Source: an uncultured Candidatus Saccharibacteria bacterium (lineage in GTDB: Bacteria > Patescibacteriota > Minisyncoccia > Phycocordibacterales > PALSA-1337). From it: 64,000 bases of DNA. The position numbers and the translations under genes are program-made. This document shows, in pieces, positions 1 to 9,483 of this stretch. The notes beneath the pieces were generated by a model that searched no databases, was not told where the DNA came from, and saw only the letters and a list, made by a program, of their open reading frames with translations. The stretch covers positions 5,271 through 69,270 of the forward strand of contig CAYXZI010000004.1 in assembly GCA_964470105.1 (NCBI GenBank). The letters run 5' to 3'. The stretch's first letter is position 1. The number at the start of each line of letters is the position of its first letter.

Positions 1-558
1 AAGCCAAATAGGGAAGTATTAAAGGTGCATGTTGCAAAGATTGCAAAAAAAGAAGGATATACATTAGAAGCAGGAGTATCAGATCTAGTTGCTTTGCTTG
101 GTGACGGATCATTTAGAGATACACTTGGAATTTTACAGAAAGTTATATCTTCTTCAAAAGATAGCAAAGTTTCAATTAAAGAGGTGGAAAGTATAACCGG
201 AGCTCCAAAGGGAAGTCTAGTAAATGATTTTATTATAGCTATTGCATATGGAGACAAGGATAAGGCATTTTCAGTCATATCTAAGGTTAAAGAAGAAAAT
301 ATTTCCATAAAGACATTCATTGCACTGCTTTTGGAGAAAATTAGAATTATTTTGATATTAAAAAACACAACAAAGAATGATTTAAGACAGCATGTGTCTG
401 ATGATGACTGGGAGGTGATTGAAAAGGTAGCAAAGGATGAAAAAAGTAAGATTGGATCACCAACATTACGTGAACTGCTTAAAGCCTATGACGCTACTTC
501 TCTTGCATATATTGAAAGTTTGCCACTTGAATTGATGGTTGTTGACATTATTGGTTAG
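1..558 (+). CDS. dnaX: DNA polymerase III gamma/tau subunit, C-terminal fragment; the 5' end lies outside the window
   Basis: Frame is open from position 1. The motif GSFRDTLGILQKV resembles DnaX domain III. Stop at 556-558. Confidence 0.55.
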   Translation, partial: KPNREVLKVHVAKIAKKEGYTLEAGVSDLVALLGDGSFRDTLGILQKVISSSKDSKVSIKEVESITGAPKGSLVNDFIIAIAYGDKDKAFSVISKVKEENISIKTFIALLLEKIRIILILKNTTKNDLRQHVSDDDWEVIEKVAKDEKSKIGSPTLRELLKAYDATSLAYIESLPLELMVVDIIG

Positions 559-570
559 ACATTATAATAT
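542..570 (+). promoter_or_regulatory. Sigma70-like promoter: TTGACA, 17-nt spacer, TAATAT
   Basis: Hexamers at 542-547 and 565-570. It drives the GC-rich unit that ends at the terminator 1113-1150. Confidence 0.45.
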
Positions 571-609
571 ATTTGTGGCATAGAGATCTGTGCTAGAAAG
601 GAGACTACC

Positions 610-762
610 ATGAATGGCATGGACGATAGCAACACCGGTGTCGGTATGCCCCAGATCGATGGGACCGAACTGCCACCGGCTCTTGATCACCCCAAAGGCG
701 AACAAGAAGTCATTGCTCGGGTGCTTGCACTTGAGCAAGGGGTGGATCAGTTCCGCCCCTGA
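610..762 (+). CDS. Small GC-rich ORF of 50 aa, preceded by AAAGGAG
   Basis: ATG at 610 with an AAGGAG-like motif 6 nt upstream; such motifs are otherwise absent before genes here. Product is Gly/Asp/Pro-rich with no recognised domain. Confidence 0.2.
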   Translation: MNGMDDSNTGVGMPQIDGTELPPALDHPKGEQEVIARVLALEQGVDQFRP

Positions 763-1112
763 AACCAAACCATAAGAAAGAAGGGAGGTGACAAAAGACC
801 CCCAACTCTTCATTAGACCCACCTGCAAGGTTCCGCAGGTGGGTCGCTTCATATCTAATATACATGCTAACGTGTGCCACCAGCTTTTTCTTTAGTTTGA
901 AATATACTTTGTTTGTGGTAATCTTATCGAAGCTGCGCTTATGCCTACGCATAATAAAGGACACGGGAGTGAACAGAGGGATTCCCTCTGCCTCCGTGTA
1001 CAAACAAAGGGCCCGTTGCCACGGGGCATCAGGCGGAAACAAAAACCGGCAGTTGTGATAGCTGCCTTACAGAAAGGGGGTGAAAAAGAATAGAATTACA
1101 CCAATTCATAAT

Positions 1113-1150
1113 GCCTGTCCGTGGCAATTCCCGGACAGGCTGCTGTTTTT
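1113..1150 (+). terminator. Intrinsic terminator
   Basis: Stem GCCTGTCCG / CGGACAGGC followed by TGCTGTTTTT. Confidence 0.6.
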
Positions 1151-1189
1151 ATATTATAAATTAATTTACAAAGTGCTTTTTGTTTCGTC

Positions 1190-1218
1190 TTGTCTAATCT
1201 GTATTTACAAGTTAGTAT
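1190..1218 (+). promoter_or_regulatory. Promoter for tRNA-Gln: TTGTCT, 17-nt spacer, TAGTAT
   Basis: Hexamers at 1190-1195 and 1213-1218, about 18 nt upstream of the tRNA 5' end. Confidence 0.4.
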
Positions 1219-1235
1219 AGAGAAGTTCGATGTTT

Positions 1236-1304
1236 GCGGGATCGTCTAATGGTAGGACTCCAGGTTTTGGTCCTGGCTATCTAGGTTCGAGTCCTAGTCC
1301 CGCA
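1236..1304 (+). tRNA. tRNA-Gln, anticodon UUG
   Basis: Acceptor stem GCGGGAT/GTCCCGC with one GU pair. Anticodon stem CCAGG/CCTGG with loop TTTTGGT. T-arm CTAGG-TTCGAGT-CCTAG. Discriminator A. CCA is not encoded. Confidence 0.8.
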
Positions 1305-1370
1305 GCAAGTAAGTTTACTGTGTTTTGATTGTATATACTCAAGCTAGCCTGATGTGCTAGTATATCTTTT

Positions 1371-1886
1371 ATGAAAGATACAATACTAATCATTGTTGAT
1401 ATGCAGGATTTCTTTCTCAAAAGATTTCCCATTTCTGTGCAACATGAGATAATAGAAAATCAAAAAATAATAATTGATTTTTGTGTGAGAAGAAATATTC
1501 CCTCCATCATAATTGAGTACAAAGCGGGTGGAGTAGAGAGGGGAAAAACTAAGAAAGAATTGGTAGATAGTATTGGAAATAATCTGGTTAATGTAATCGT
1601 TAAGGATAATAATGGAGGATTTACGAAGACAAACCTAGATGTAGTTTTAAATAAACTCAATATTAGGAAGATAATATTAATGGGGTTAAATGCAAATGGA
1701 TGTATACAAGATACTGTAATCGGTGCTAATAATAGAGGCTATAGGGTAATAACATCTAAGGGGATAATCGCTAATTCATCTTCTGGAAATATGGAAATAT
1801 CTAAACGTAATAAAGAGTGGTATATAAAAAATACTGTCTTTTTTGATAATGTTAAGAGTCTTTACACATACCTTAGTAAAAAATAG
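1371..1886 (+). CDS. Isochorismatase-family (cysteine hydrolase) protein
   Basis: N-terminal ILIIVDMQDFF and an LMGLNANGCIQDTVIGA nucleophile-Cys region typical of the family. Confidence 0.6.
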   Translation: MKDTILIIVDMQDFFLKRFPISVQHEIIENQKIIIDFCVRRNIPSIIIEYKAGGVERGKTKKELVDSIGNNLVNVIVKDNNGGFTKTNLDVVLNKLNIRKIILMGLNANGCIQDTVIGANNRGYRVITSKGIIANSSSGNMEISKRNKEWYIKNTVFFDNVKSLYTYLSKK

Positions 1887-1954
1887 GGGATACTGGTTTC
1901 TATTGTGTACTTATACACAATATCAACTATCCTATTATAGGTTATAATTTATAC

Positions 1955-2350
1955 ATGAAGCACACATTATTGTATCTTATTACGCTACTAGTCATCACTC
2001 TATCTGACTTCACATGGTTTAAGCTTTCCTCATCTTTTTATCAAAAAGAAATAGGATTTTTATTTGGATCTAAAATTAACTATTTACCAGTTGCACTTTT
2101 CTATCTAATATATGCATTTGGTATACTGTTTTTTATTATTAATCCTCAGATTAAAGCTGATTCATCGTACATCACTGTGTTTTTAATAGGTGCTTTTTTC
2201 GGGCTAATAGCATATGGAACCTATGATTTTACTAATAATGCAACAATAAATAATTGGCCTGTTATTGTAACAATTGTTGATATTCTATGGGGAATGATAG
2301 TGACTGGTTTCGCTAGTTTGTTTGTATATATTATAAGTAAATATATTTAA
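1955..2350 (+). CDS. Hypothetical polytopic membrane protein
   Basis: 131 aa with about four hydrophobic helices. Confidence 0.45.
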   Translation: MKHTLLYLITLLVITLSDFTWFKLSSSFYQKEIGFLFGSKINYLPVALFYLIYAFGILFFIINPQIKADSSYITVFLIGAFFGLIAYGTYDFTNNATINNWPVIVTIVDILWGMIVTGFASLFVYIISKYI

Positions 2351-2360
2351 TACCAATTAT

Positions 2361-3026
2361 ATGTATAAAATTAAAACAGAAGGATGCTATACTACACCTA
2401 TGATTATCATATATTCTATAATCGCTGTAATTGTTTTGTGGTCTATCTGGGGATTCTTTTCCTCAAGAGTAGAGAGTGCTGAGTATTCAGTTATTGCTTC
2501 AAAGAATGGTTACGAAATCAGACTATATCCAGAACATATTGTTGCTCAAACAACTGTAAAGGGATCATACAATGAGGCATTAAATGAAGGCTTTCGTATT
2601 ATCGCTGGATATATTTTTGGAAACAATGTTAAGAAGCAAGATATTGCAATGACAGCTCCAGTTGTAGAGGAGACTAGTAAATCTGAATCCATATCTATGA
2701 CTACTCCAGTATCATCAAATATCGACGGTGAATATCACACGATAACTTTTGGTATGCCACGATCATATACATTGGAAACATTGCCCACTCCTTCTGATCC
2801 ACGTGTAAAGATAGAGACCATACCAGAGAAGAAGGTCGCTGTTATCAGATTCTCATGGATACGTACCGAATCTCGTGTTCAATCTAAGAAATTGGAACTT
2901 ATTGATCTATTAAAGAAAGACGGTGTGGTTATCAAAGGTGAGCCACAATACGCTGGATATAATGCACCTTGGACTCCACCATGGATGACTAGAAATGAGG
3001 TTATGATTGAAATTAAAGGTAATTAA
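2361..3026 (+). CDS. SOUL/HBP heme-binding family protein
   Basis: N-terminal TM helix, then YEIRLY ... FRIIAGYIFGNN ... IAMTAPV, matching the SOUL family pattern. Confidence 0.5.
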   Translation: MYKIKTEGCYTTPMIIIYSIIAVIVLWSIWGFFSSRVESAEYSVIASKNGYEIRLYPEHIVAQTTVKGSYNEALNEGFRIIAGYIFGNNVKKQDIAMTAPVVEETSKSESISMTTPVSSNIDGEYHTITFGMPRSYTLETLPTPSDPRVKIETIPEKKVAVIRFSWIRTESRVQSKKLELIDLLKKDGVVIKGEPQYAGYNAPWTPPWMTRNEVMIEIKGN

Positions 3027-3106
3027 GAAGAAGTGGTAAGGATATATGAAATAGTCCAACGGAATGCTTCCCGTTGGACTATTTCATGTGTTAATTCTTG
3101 TACCCC

Positions 3107-4894
3107 TTATTCCTTTCTTCTTGCCTTAGCTCTATCTGTGTCAGTTAGGAATTTCTTTCTCAAGCGTACTGAAAGCGGAGTGATCTCCAGGTATTCATCT
3201 TCGCGCATAGTCTCAAGTCCTCTCTCAACATCTATTTTCCAAGCTGGAGTCAACATGATGTGCTCATCATTTCCTGATGATCGCATGTTAGACATAACCT
3301 TTCCTTTACATGGGTTTACATCCATATCATCTCCCTTTGAAGTATCACCAACAACCATTCCTTCGTAAACCTCTGTAGTTGGTTCAATAAATATACGTCC
3401 TCTCTCTTGTAGATTCCATAGAGCAAACGCCAGAGCCTTTCCTGTCATCATTGATGTCATTGATCCGGTTGAATGCTTCTCAATCTCACCAGCATATGGT
3501 TTGAAGTCAATAAAACGACTAGCTAATATACCTTCACCCTTTGTGTCAATAACGAAAGCATTTCTGTAACCCAAAAGACCACGTGTTGGTATTTCAAATA
3601 GGATTCTACTCAGACCATCTTTTGTCTTCATATCTATCATTGTAGCTTTTCGCTTACCAAGTTTTTCGATGATAGCCCCAGTGAATTCTTCTGGTATATC
3701 AACAGTCAATTCTTCAAAAGGTTCACTCTTTACTCCATCTATATCTTTAACGATAACTTGTGGTTGTGATACTTGTAGTTCATATCCCTCACGTCTCATA
3801 TTTTCTAGTAGAACCGCAATATGTAGTTCACCACGACCGAATACTCTGTAGAATTCATTTGATGAGAAATCAACTCTTAGTCCAACGTTAATTTCCAGTT
3901 CCTTCTCTAGTCTCTCTCGTATTTGTCTACCTGTTACGAATTTTCCTTCACGTCCAGCGAATGGGGAAGAGTTAACAAGGAAGTTTAGGGAGATTGTAGG
4001 TTCGTCAATCTTGATTGCAGGTAGAGCAGGTGTTGCTTCGCTATCAGTTAAAGTCTCACCAATGTATATCTGTGGGAATCCAGCTATAGTTACGATGTCT
4101 CCAGCTGTTGCCTCCTGAATTTCAATTCTTTTCTTTCCTTCAAATGTAAATAGCTTGGTAACACGTCCTTGGTTTACAGTTCCATCAATTTTCTTTTCAA
4201 AAACTGTTTGACCAGTCTTAATTGTTCCATCATAAATACGACCTATAGCTAGTCTACCTAGGAAATTGTCATATCCGAGGTTAAAAGTCTGTACTGTAAG
4301 TGGAGCTGTTGCACTATGATCCTTATTTGCTGGTGGTACATGCTCGAGAATCATATCAAGAAGAGGAGTTAGATCTTTTTTCTCATCTGTGAGTTTTCTC
4401 ATAGCGACTCCTTCACGCCCTATAGCATATATAGTAGGGAAGTCGAGCTGAGCATCATTTGCTCCAAGCTCCATGAATAGCTCTAGAACCATTTCATGAC
4501 AGTGATCAGGATTAGCTGCTGGCTTATCTATCTTGTTGATGATAACTATAGGTTTTAGGCCTAGTTCAAGAGACTTCTTAAGTACGAAACGAGTCTGAGG
4601 CATAGGACCCTCCTGTGCATCAACTACTAGAAGCACCGTGTCGATAGAGCGGAGAACACGCTCTACTTCAGAACCGAAGTCTGCGTGTCCTGGAGTGTCC
4701 ACGATATTGATCTTTGCTCCCTTATATTCAATAGATGTATTCTTGGCATAAATAGTGATACCACGCTCTTGCTCTAGGGCATTAGAGTCCATAGTACCAT
4801 CCTCACCATGGCCACATTGGGTCATTATCGCATCTGTTAGGGTAGTCTTACCGTGGTCTACGTGGGCTATGATTGCTATGTTTCGGATATCCAT
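3107..4894 (-). CDS. typA: Translational GTPase TypA/BipA
   Basis: [15 protein letters not shown] and DTPGHADF G-domain motifs; 595 aa with BipA-like C-terminal domains. Confidence 0.9.
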   Translation of the reverse strand: MDIRNIAIIAHVDHGKTTLTDAIMTQCGHGEDGTMDSNALEQERGITIYAKNTSIEYKGAKINIVDTPGHADFGSEVERVLRSIDTVLLVVDAQEGPMPQTRFVLKKSLELGLKPIVIINKIDKPAANPDHCHEMVLELFMELGANDAQLDFPTIYAIGREGVAMRKLTDEKKDLTPLLDMILEHVPPANKDHSATAPLTVQTFNLGYDNFLGRLAIGRIYDGTIKTGQTVFEKKIDGTVNQGRVTKLFTFEGKKRIEIQEATAGDIVTIAGFPQIYIGETLTDSEATPALPAIKIDEPTISLNFLVNSSPFAGREGKFVTGRQIRERLEKELEINVGLRVDFSSNEFYRVFGRGELHIAVLLENMRREGYELQVSQPQVIVKDIDGVKSEPFEELTVDIPEEFTGAIIEKLGKRKATMIDMKTKDGLSRILFEIPTRGLLGYRNAFVIDTKGEGILASRFIDFKPYAGEIEKHSTGSMTSMMTGKALAFALWNLQERGRIFIEPTTEVYEGMVVGDTSKGDDMDVNPCKGKVMSNMRSSGNDEHIMLTPAWKIDVERGLETMREDEYLEITPLSVRLRKKFLTDTDRAKARRKE

Positions 4895-4949
4895 AAGATT
4901 TTAATATGTTAAATATGAGAATCTATTAAAGCATAAAAAAAGGCTAAAA

Positions 4950-4995
4950 GTCAAATGAAAACCGCCCGTGGGCGATTCTCATCGATTGGGGCGGC
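4950..4995 (-). terminator. Minus-strand hairpin followed by TTTTCATTT
   Basis: On the plus strand the sequence is CCGCCC...GGGCGG; the reverse complement gives a stem followed by a T-run. It lies after the stop of the 4998..5297 ORF and before the typA promoter region. Confidence 0.4.
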
Positions 4996-4997
4996 TT

Positions 4998-5297
4998 CTA
5001 ACTGAGTACCCTCAGTATTCCGTATGTAGTGGTACCACAATTGGTGACCTCTTTTATACTAGCCTGAAATGGCTGGCTGAATTCGACCATGTCACCACTA
5101 ATGATTATGGTATCGGCTACTCTGGTACATTGGGTTACGTTTATTCTGTACACCATCTTCTCACCTACAGGTACGTGTACCTTGTCTACAAAGTCATATA
5201 TTTGATGACAAACATGTACAGAGATTTGAGCTTTCATTTCCTCTGCGTACCTTAGGCTTGATGTGTTGATTTCCTCAACGATAATATACTGTACCAT
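4998..5297 (-). CDS. Hypothetical protein, 99 aa
   Basis: ORF lies between the GatB/YqeY gene and the terminator hairpin. No recognised domain. Confidence 0.35.
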   Translation of the reverse strand: MVQYIIVEEINTSSLRYAEEMKAQISVHVCHQIYDFVDKVHVPVGEKMVYRINVTQCTRVADTIIISGDMVEFSQPFQASIKEVTNCGTTTYGILRVLS

Positions 5298-5364
5298 AGG
5301 ACTCCTTTGTGCAGTTTGTTTACCAAAATCTACACCTCCTAGGTCTATAACGCAAGAAGGTGCA

Positions 5365-5805
5365 CTACTTCACCATCCCTTCAACTACTTCCTTCACATC
5401 AGCTCCATCAGCTTTTCCTTTTAACTCCTTCATTATCATTCCAATGAATTGACCTAGTTTAGCCTTATCAATCGCACCCTTAGACTCCACAACCTTACGT
5501 ATCTCATCCTTGCTCATCATTTGCGGTAGAAATACTTCAAGTATTTTTAATTCAGCCTTTTCTTTTTCAGCTAAATCACTTCTTCCTCCTTTCTCGAATT
5601 GTTCTATAGAGTCTTTATGTTGCTTAACACTTCTTTTGATTAATGTTAAAGCCCCTTCATCATCAATGAAAGGATTAGGATTTCCTTTTGCTATGAGTTC
5701 ATTTGAGAACAGGGCAGTAAGACCTCTTAGAGTATCGAGCTTAATTGAGTCCTTTGCACGCATTGCATCAATAATTTGTTTTTTAATTGTTTCGTGTATT
5801 GTCAT
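5365..5805 (-). CDS. GatB/YqeY domain protein
   Basis: 146 aa with the family pattern (DAMRAKD, LTLIKRS, EKAELKILE). Confidence 0.75.
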   Translation of the reverse strand: MTIHETIKKQIIDAMRAKDSIKLDTLRGLTALFSNELIAKGNPNPFIDDEGALTLIKRSVKQHKDSIEQFEKGGRSDLAEKEKAELKILEVFLPQMMSKDEIRKVVESKGAIDKAKLGQFIGMIMKELKGKADGADVKEVVEGMVK

Positions 5806-5826
5806 AATGTTGATATAATAGCATAT

Positions 5827-6873
5827 ATGAATACCCTTATCATCATACTCATAGTCCTTGTTGCTATTGCCATAATTGTAATGGTCTCAAATTACAGACG
5901 TTCCTCTGGTAGCAAGGATGATATTGGTCTTAAGTTAATACTAGAACAGATAAATGAACTTAACCGTACAGTTGATGACAAGATTGGTCGTGGACACAGG
6001 GATATGCGTGAATCCATGCAGGTTCAGCTATCAGAATCGACCAGAATGATACGTGAGGTAACTGCTGGACTTACTAAACTTGATGAGACGAACAGGCAAG
6101 TGGTTTCTTTTGCAGATCAACTACAAAATCTCCAAGACATTCTTAAGAATCCTAAACATAGAGGTATACTCGGTGAATACTATCTAGAAACCCTATTAAG
6201 CAATGTACTCGCTCCTAATCAATTCAAAATGCAATATATGTTCGCAAATGGAGAGATTGTGGATGCTGCTGTATTTGTAAAAGACAAGATAATTCCAATT
6301 GATTCAAAGTTTTCTCTAGAGAACTACAACAAGCTTTCTCAAGAACGAGATCCAATTGAAAAAGAAAAGTTAGAAAAAGCATTCGTAAATGATTTAAAAC
6401 TTCGTATTCAAGAGACAGCAAAATATATACGACCAAATGAGGGCACTATGGACTTCGCTTTTATGTTCATTCCTCATGAAGCTATATACTATGATCTATT
6501 AATTAATAAGATAGGTGCAATAACAGAGGAGACTGATAATCTCATACAAAGGGCAGCTAATAAGTACAAGGTAATAATTATATCCCCAACATCATTCTTG
6601 GCATATCTTCAGACTGTTTTACAGGGCTTAAAAGCCTTACAGATTGAGGAGACAGCAAAAGACATTATTAAGCGTGTAGATGAGCTAGGAACTCATTTAA
6701 AGAAGTATGAAGAGTATCATGTAAAGCTCGGTACCTCGCTATCAACAGTCGTTAATCACTACAACCACTCTGGTAAGGAGCTAAGGAAGGTAGATAAGGA
6801 TATTTTACGTATAACAGGGGAGACTCCAGGTCTAGATGTGGGGGTGATTGACCATCCAGACGAGATAGTGTAA
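5827..6873 (+). CDS. rmuC: DNA recombination protein RmuC
   Basis: N-terminal TM helix and coiled coil, with FAFMFIPHEAIYYDLL and KVIIISPTSFLAYLQTV conserved blocks. Start placed at MNTLIII to avoid overlap with the upstream gene. Confidence 0.8.
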   Translation: MNTLIIILIVLVAIAIIVMVSNYRRSSGSKDDIGLKLILEQINELNRTVDDKIGRGHRDMRESMQVQLSESTRMIREVTAGLTKLDETNRQVVSFADQLQNLQDILKNPKHRGILGEYYLETLLSNVLAPNQFKMQYMFANGEIVDAAVFVKDKIIPIDSKFSLENYNKLSQERDPIEKEKLEKAFVNDLKLRIQETAKYIRPNEGTMDFAFMFIPHEAIYYDLLINKIGAITEETDNLIQRAANKYKVIIISPTSFLAYLQTVLQGLKALQIEETAKDIIKRVDELGTHLKKYEEYHVKLGTSLSTVVNHYNHSGKELRKVDKDILRITGETPGLDVGVIDHPDEIV

Positions 6874-6885
6874 TATAACCTAACT

Positions 6886-7203
6886 ATGGAATTTGCAGTA
6901 ATACAAACAGGCGGAAAACAATATAAGGTCAAAGTAGGGGATGAAATCAAGATTGAGAAGATCCTCGGTGACCACAAAGAAGGCGATAAGGTCGTTTTTG
7001 ATAAGGTTTTGCTTGTTGATAATGGAAAGGATACTACTATTGGTACTCCTTACATTGCTAATGCAAAGGTTAATGCAACTATCACTAAAATCGGTCGTCT
7101 ACCGAAAGTTGATGTTATAAAGTACAAGCAGAAGAGTAAATATTTTAAGAAGAACGGTCATAAGCAACCATATTTCCAGGTAAAGATTGAGGGGTTGAAG
7201 TAA
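6886..7203 (+). CDS. rplU: 50S ribosomal protein L21
   Basis: MEFAVIQTGGKQYKV is an L21 signature. It is not followed by rpmA here. Confidence 0.9.
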   Translation: MEFAVIQTGGKQYKVKVGDEIKIEKILGDHKEGDKVVFDKVLLVDNGKDTTIGTPYIANAKVNATITKIGRLPKVDVIKYKQKSKYFKKNGHKQPYFQVKIEGLK

Positions 7204-7210
7204 TTTAAAT

Positions 7211-7849
7211 ATGATGAGTGAGAAGAGCCCTAATTACAGACTGCTAATCAAGGTGGTAGTGATTATTTTCTTTTTTTTAATATCAATTTATTTTACATAT
7301 TATCTTTTTTGGAATATAGAGAATATCAAAATTCCTATCAGAAATGAAGCAACTATAGATGGGTTCGTACTAGTGACGATAGACGACGGTATATTTAATG
7401 ATAATGCCGCAAACGCTATACGTAGGCTATTTCAGGTACCCTTTAATTTGAATACGTTCCAAATTTGTATAAGAAATAGAAGTACCGTTGGAGATACTCT
7501 TGGTCCTGTAGGAGTGGATGTAGACTTTAATATTATCGAGAGTAAGTCTGATCGGGAATTATCAGATCCAATACATCTATCTCCATATGGTGAAGAGTGT
7601 ATTCCATTTGAGTTACAAAGGAAGTTTAGATTAAAAATGATAGAAACTAAATTTAATGTTGATCCTGATCTAGTCTCAAAAAATACAACTTTAAAGTTTT
7701 CTCCAGATATTTCTGTAAACGAAGCCAAAGGGGTTTATCCAAGTCTAAATACTAAACTAATTTCTAGTTTCATCTTTCTTGTAGCATATTTAACGATCCT
7801 AGATTCATTGCTTATATGGACAGAAAGAATTGTAAAATTTTTTAAATAA
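7211..7849 (+). CDS. Hypothetical membrane protein with N- and C-terminal TM helices
   Basis: 212 aa with no recognised domain. It occupies the position where rpmA usually follows rplU. Confidence 0.4.
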   Translation: MMSEKSPNYRLLIKVVVIIFFFLISIYFTYYLFWNIENIKIPIRNEATIDGFVLVTIDDGIFNDNAANAIRRLFQVPFNLNTFQICIRNRSTVGDTLGPVGVDVDFNIIESKSDRELSDPIHLSPYGEECIPFELQRKFRLKMIETKFNVDPDLVSKNTTLKFSPDISVNEAKGVYPSLNTKLISSFIFLVAYLTILDSLLIWTERIVKFFK

Positions 7850-8336
7850 AAAACAATAAAATTTTTCTTCTGTCTACTTGCATATAAATTTATCTGAAAT
7901 ATAATTATCTCATCGTATACAAAGTTTTTGCATTTACGAAGTCAACTTTGTACAATCAAACACACTAATTGAATTGGGATTCGTCGATTTATGCAGGAAG
8001 TGGTAGAAGAACTTCAAGACAAGAAGTAATACTTACTAATAAAAGCGAAAGGGCAAAATAGAGTAGTTTCTAGGAAACATTATTACAATGGTATTGTCAC
8101 CAAGTGGGTGCAAATAAACTAAATCACCCTATATTCACAAAACACATAGAAGATACTCTGCAGTTTATCTCCTGCGTGGAATATATAAGGCAAGTAGTGT
8201 CGGTTGGACGCTAGCCTATACTAAACCAAGTTGGCTTGGGAGGTATCAAAAATAAAAGTTGAAACAACCCCTAGATTGCGAGTACACCCAAATCTCGCCT
8301 TCCTGCATAAGTTGAGGAAATAAATAATTTAAAAAT

Positions 8337-8879
8337 ATGGATCAAGAAAATATTTCAATAAAAAATAGTATTGAAGTGATGGAAAAGGTGATAAAAAGTA
8401 AAATCCTTGTTATTCGCGGTGAAAAGGTAATTCTAGATAAGGATCTTGCAGAGTTATATGAAGTTACAACAAAACGTTTTAATGAGCAAGTCAAAAGGAA
8501 TATAGAAAGATTCCCTAATGATTTTATGTTCAGACTTACGGAGGAGGAGAACTATGGGCTGAACCGGTCGCAAAATGCGACCGGTTCTCAAAAACATCGT
8601 GATCCACGATTTTTACCGTACGCTTTTACTGAACATGGTGTAGCCATGCTTTCATCTGTTTTAAACAGTAAAACAGCGATACAGATGAATATATTGATTA
8701 TTCGGATATTTATAAAAATTAAGGAATGGATTATATCAAACAAAGACCTAGAGCTAAGAGTTGATGAGATAGAAAAGATACAGAGAGGACACTCTGAGTC
8801 CTTAGATTCAGTCGATCTCGCTTTACGACACATTATGGAAGAACCAATTAAACCTCCAGGTAAAATAGGTTTTAATTAA
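8337..8879 (+). CDS. ORF6N-domain (KilA-N-like) DNA-binding protein
   Basis: IRGEKVILDKDLAELYEVTTKRFNEQVKRNIERFPNDFMFRLT and PYAFTEHGVAMLSSVL match the ORF6N family pattern. Confidence 0.7.
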   Translation: MDQENISIKNSIEVMEKVIKSKILVIRGEKVILDKDLAELYEVTTKRFNEQVKRNIERFPNDFMFRLTEEENYGLNRSQNATGSQKHRDPRFLPYAFTEHGVAMLSSVLNSKTAIQMNILIIRIFIKIKEWIISNKDLELRVDEIEKIQRGHSESLDSVDLALRHIMEEPIKPPGKIGFN

Positions 8880-9483
8880 CCCTCTCTCTATTCTTCAATG
8901 CATTCTTAATCGTATCACTATCAGAGTATTCCAGTTCTGTACCAGTTGAAAGACCTCGTCCAAGTACAGTTATGTTTAGTCCCAGATCAGGAAACTTTTG
9001 CTTTATATAATCACGGATAAAATCTGCAGTATGTTCACCTTCAGCATTAGCATTTAAAGAAAGTATAATCTCCTTGTACTGACTACTGGTAATTTTCTTA
9101 ACCAATTCAGTTAACCTCACTTTCTTCTCAGGCTCTTTATCAAGAATTGGAATAGTTCCACCGAGGATGAAGTAGTGACCAGTATATGACTTACTTTTTT
9201 CAATAGCTTCAAAGTCCACATCACGACTTACTATCATTAATTGACTCATATCTCTTCCTTTATCAGAACAGATAGAGCATAGGGTTGTATTACCATCCTG
9301 ATAGAATCGGAAGCATGATGAGCAGACGCGTATATTTTTTTTAATACTTAATATTAGTTTCGCTATCTCATCTAGATATGAAGTATTTTTAGTTAACAGA
9401 AAATATACAAAGCGACGAGCTTGTCTAGGTCCTATACCAGGGAACTCTCTGAAGTATTCTGTTAGTTTAGAAATCGGATCCAT
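8872..9483 (-). CDS. recR: Recombination protein RecR
   Basis: YFREFPGIGPRQARRFVYFLL HhH motif, C4 zinc finger CSSCFR...CSIC, and a Toprim C-terminus. Start taken at MDPISKL. Confidence 0.85.
   Translation of the reverse strand: MDPISKLTEYFREFPGIGPRQARRFVYFLLTKNTSYLDEIAKLILSIKKNIRVCSSCFRFYQDGNTTLCSICSDKGRDMSQLMIVSRDVDFEAIEKSKSYTGHYFILGGTIPILDKEPEKKVRLTELVKKITSSQYKEIILSLNANAEGEHTADFIRDYIKQKFPDLGLNITVLGRGLSTGTELEYSDSDTIKNALKNRERVN

Noticed and set aside
570-1150. GC-rich island as RNase P RNA
   Set aside because: The universally conserved P4 sequence GGAAAGUCC(G/A) is absent on both strands. Only a partial CUUACAGAA similarity to the 3' P4 strand is present, with no complementary 5' strand.
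570-1150. GC-rich island as tmRNA
   Set aside because: No tag-peptide reading frame ending in ALAA-like residues followed by a stop. No tRNA-like T-arm (GGUUCGAAUCC) or encoded CCA at the 3' end. The only strong hairpin has an 11-bp stem, unlike a T-arm.
7211-7849. Prp (L27 N-terminal processing protease) between rplU and the expected rpmA
   Set aside because: The protein has terminal TM helices and no Cys/His protease dyad pattern. L27 here starts directly at [10 protein letters not shown] without the N-terminal extension that Prp removes.
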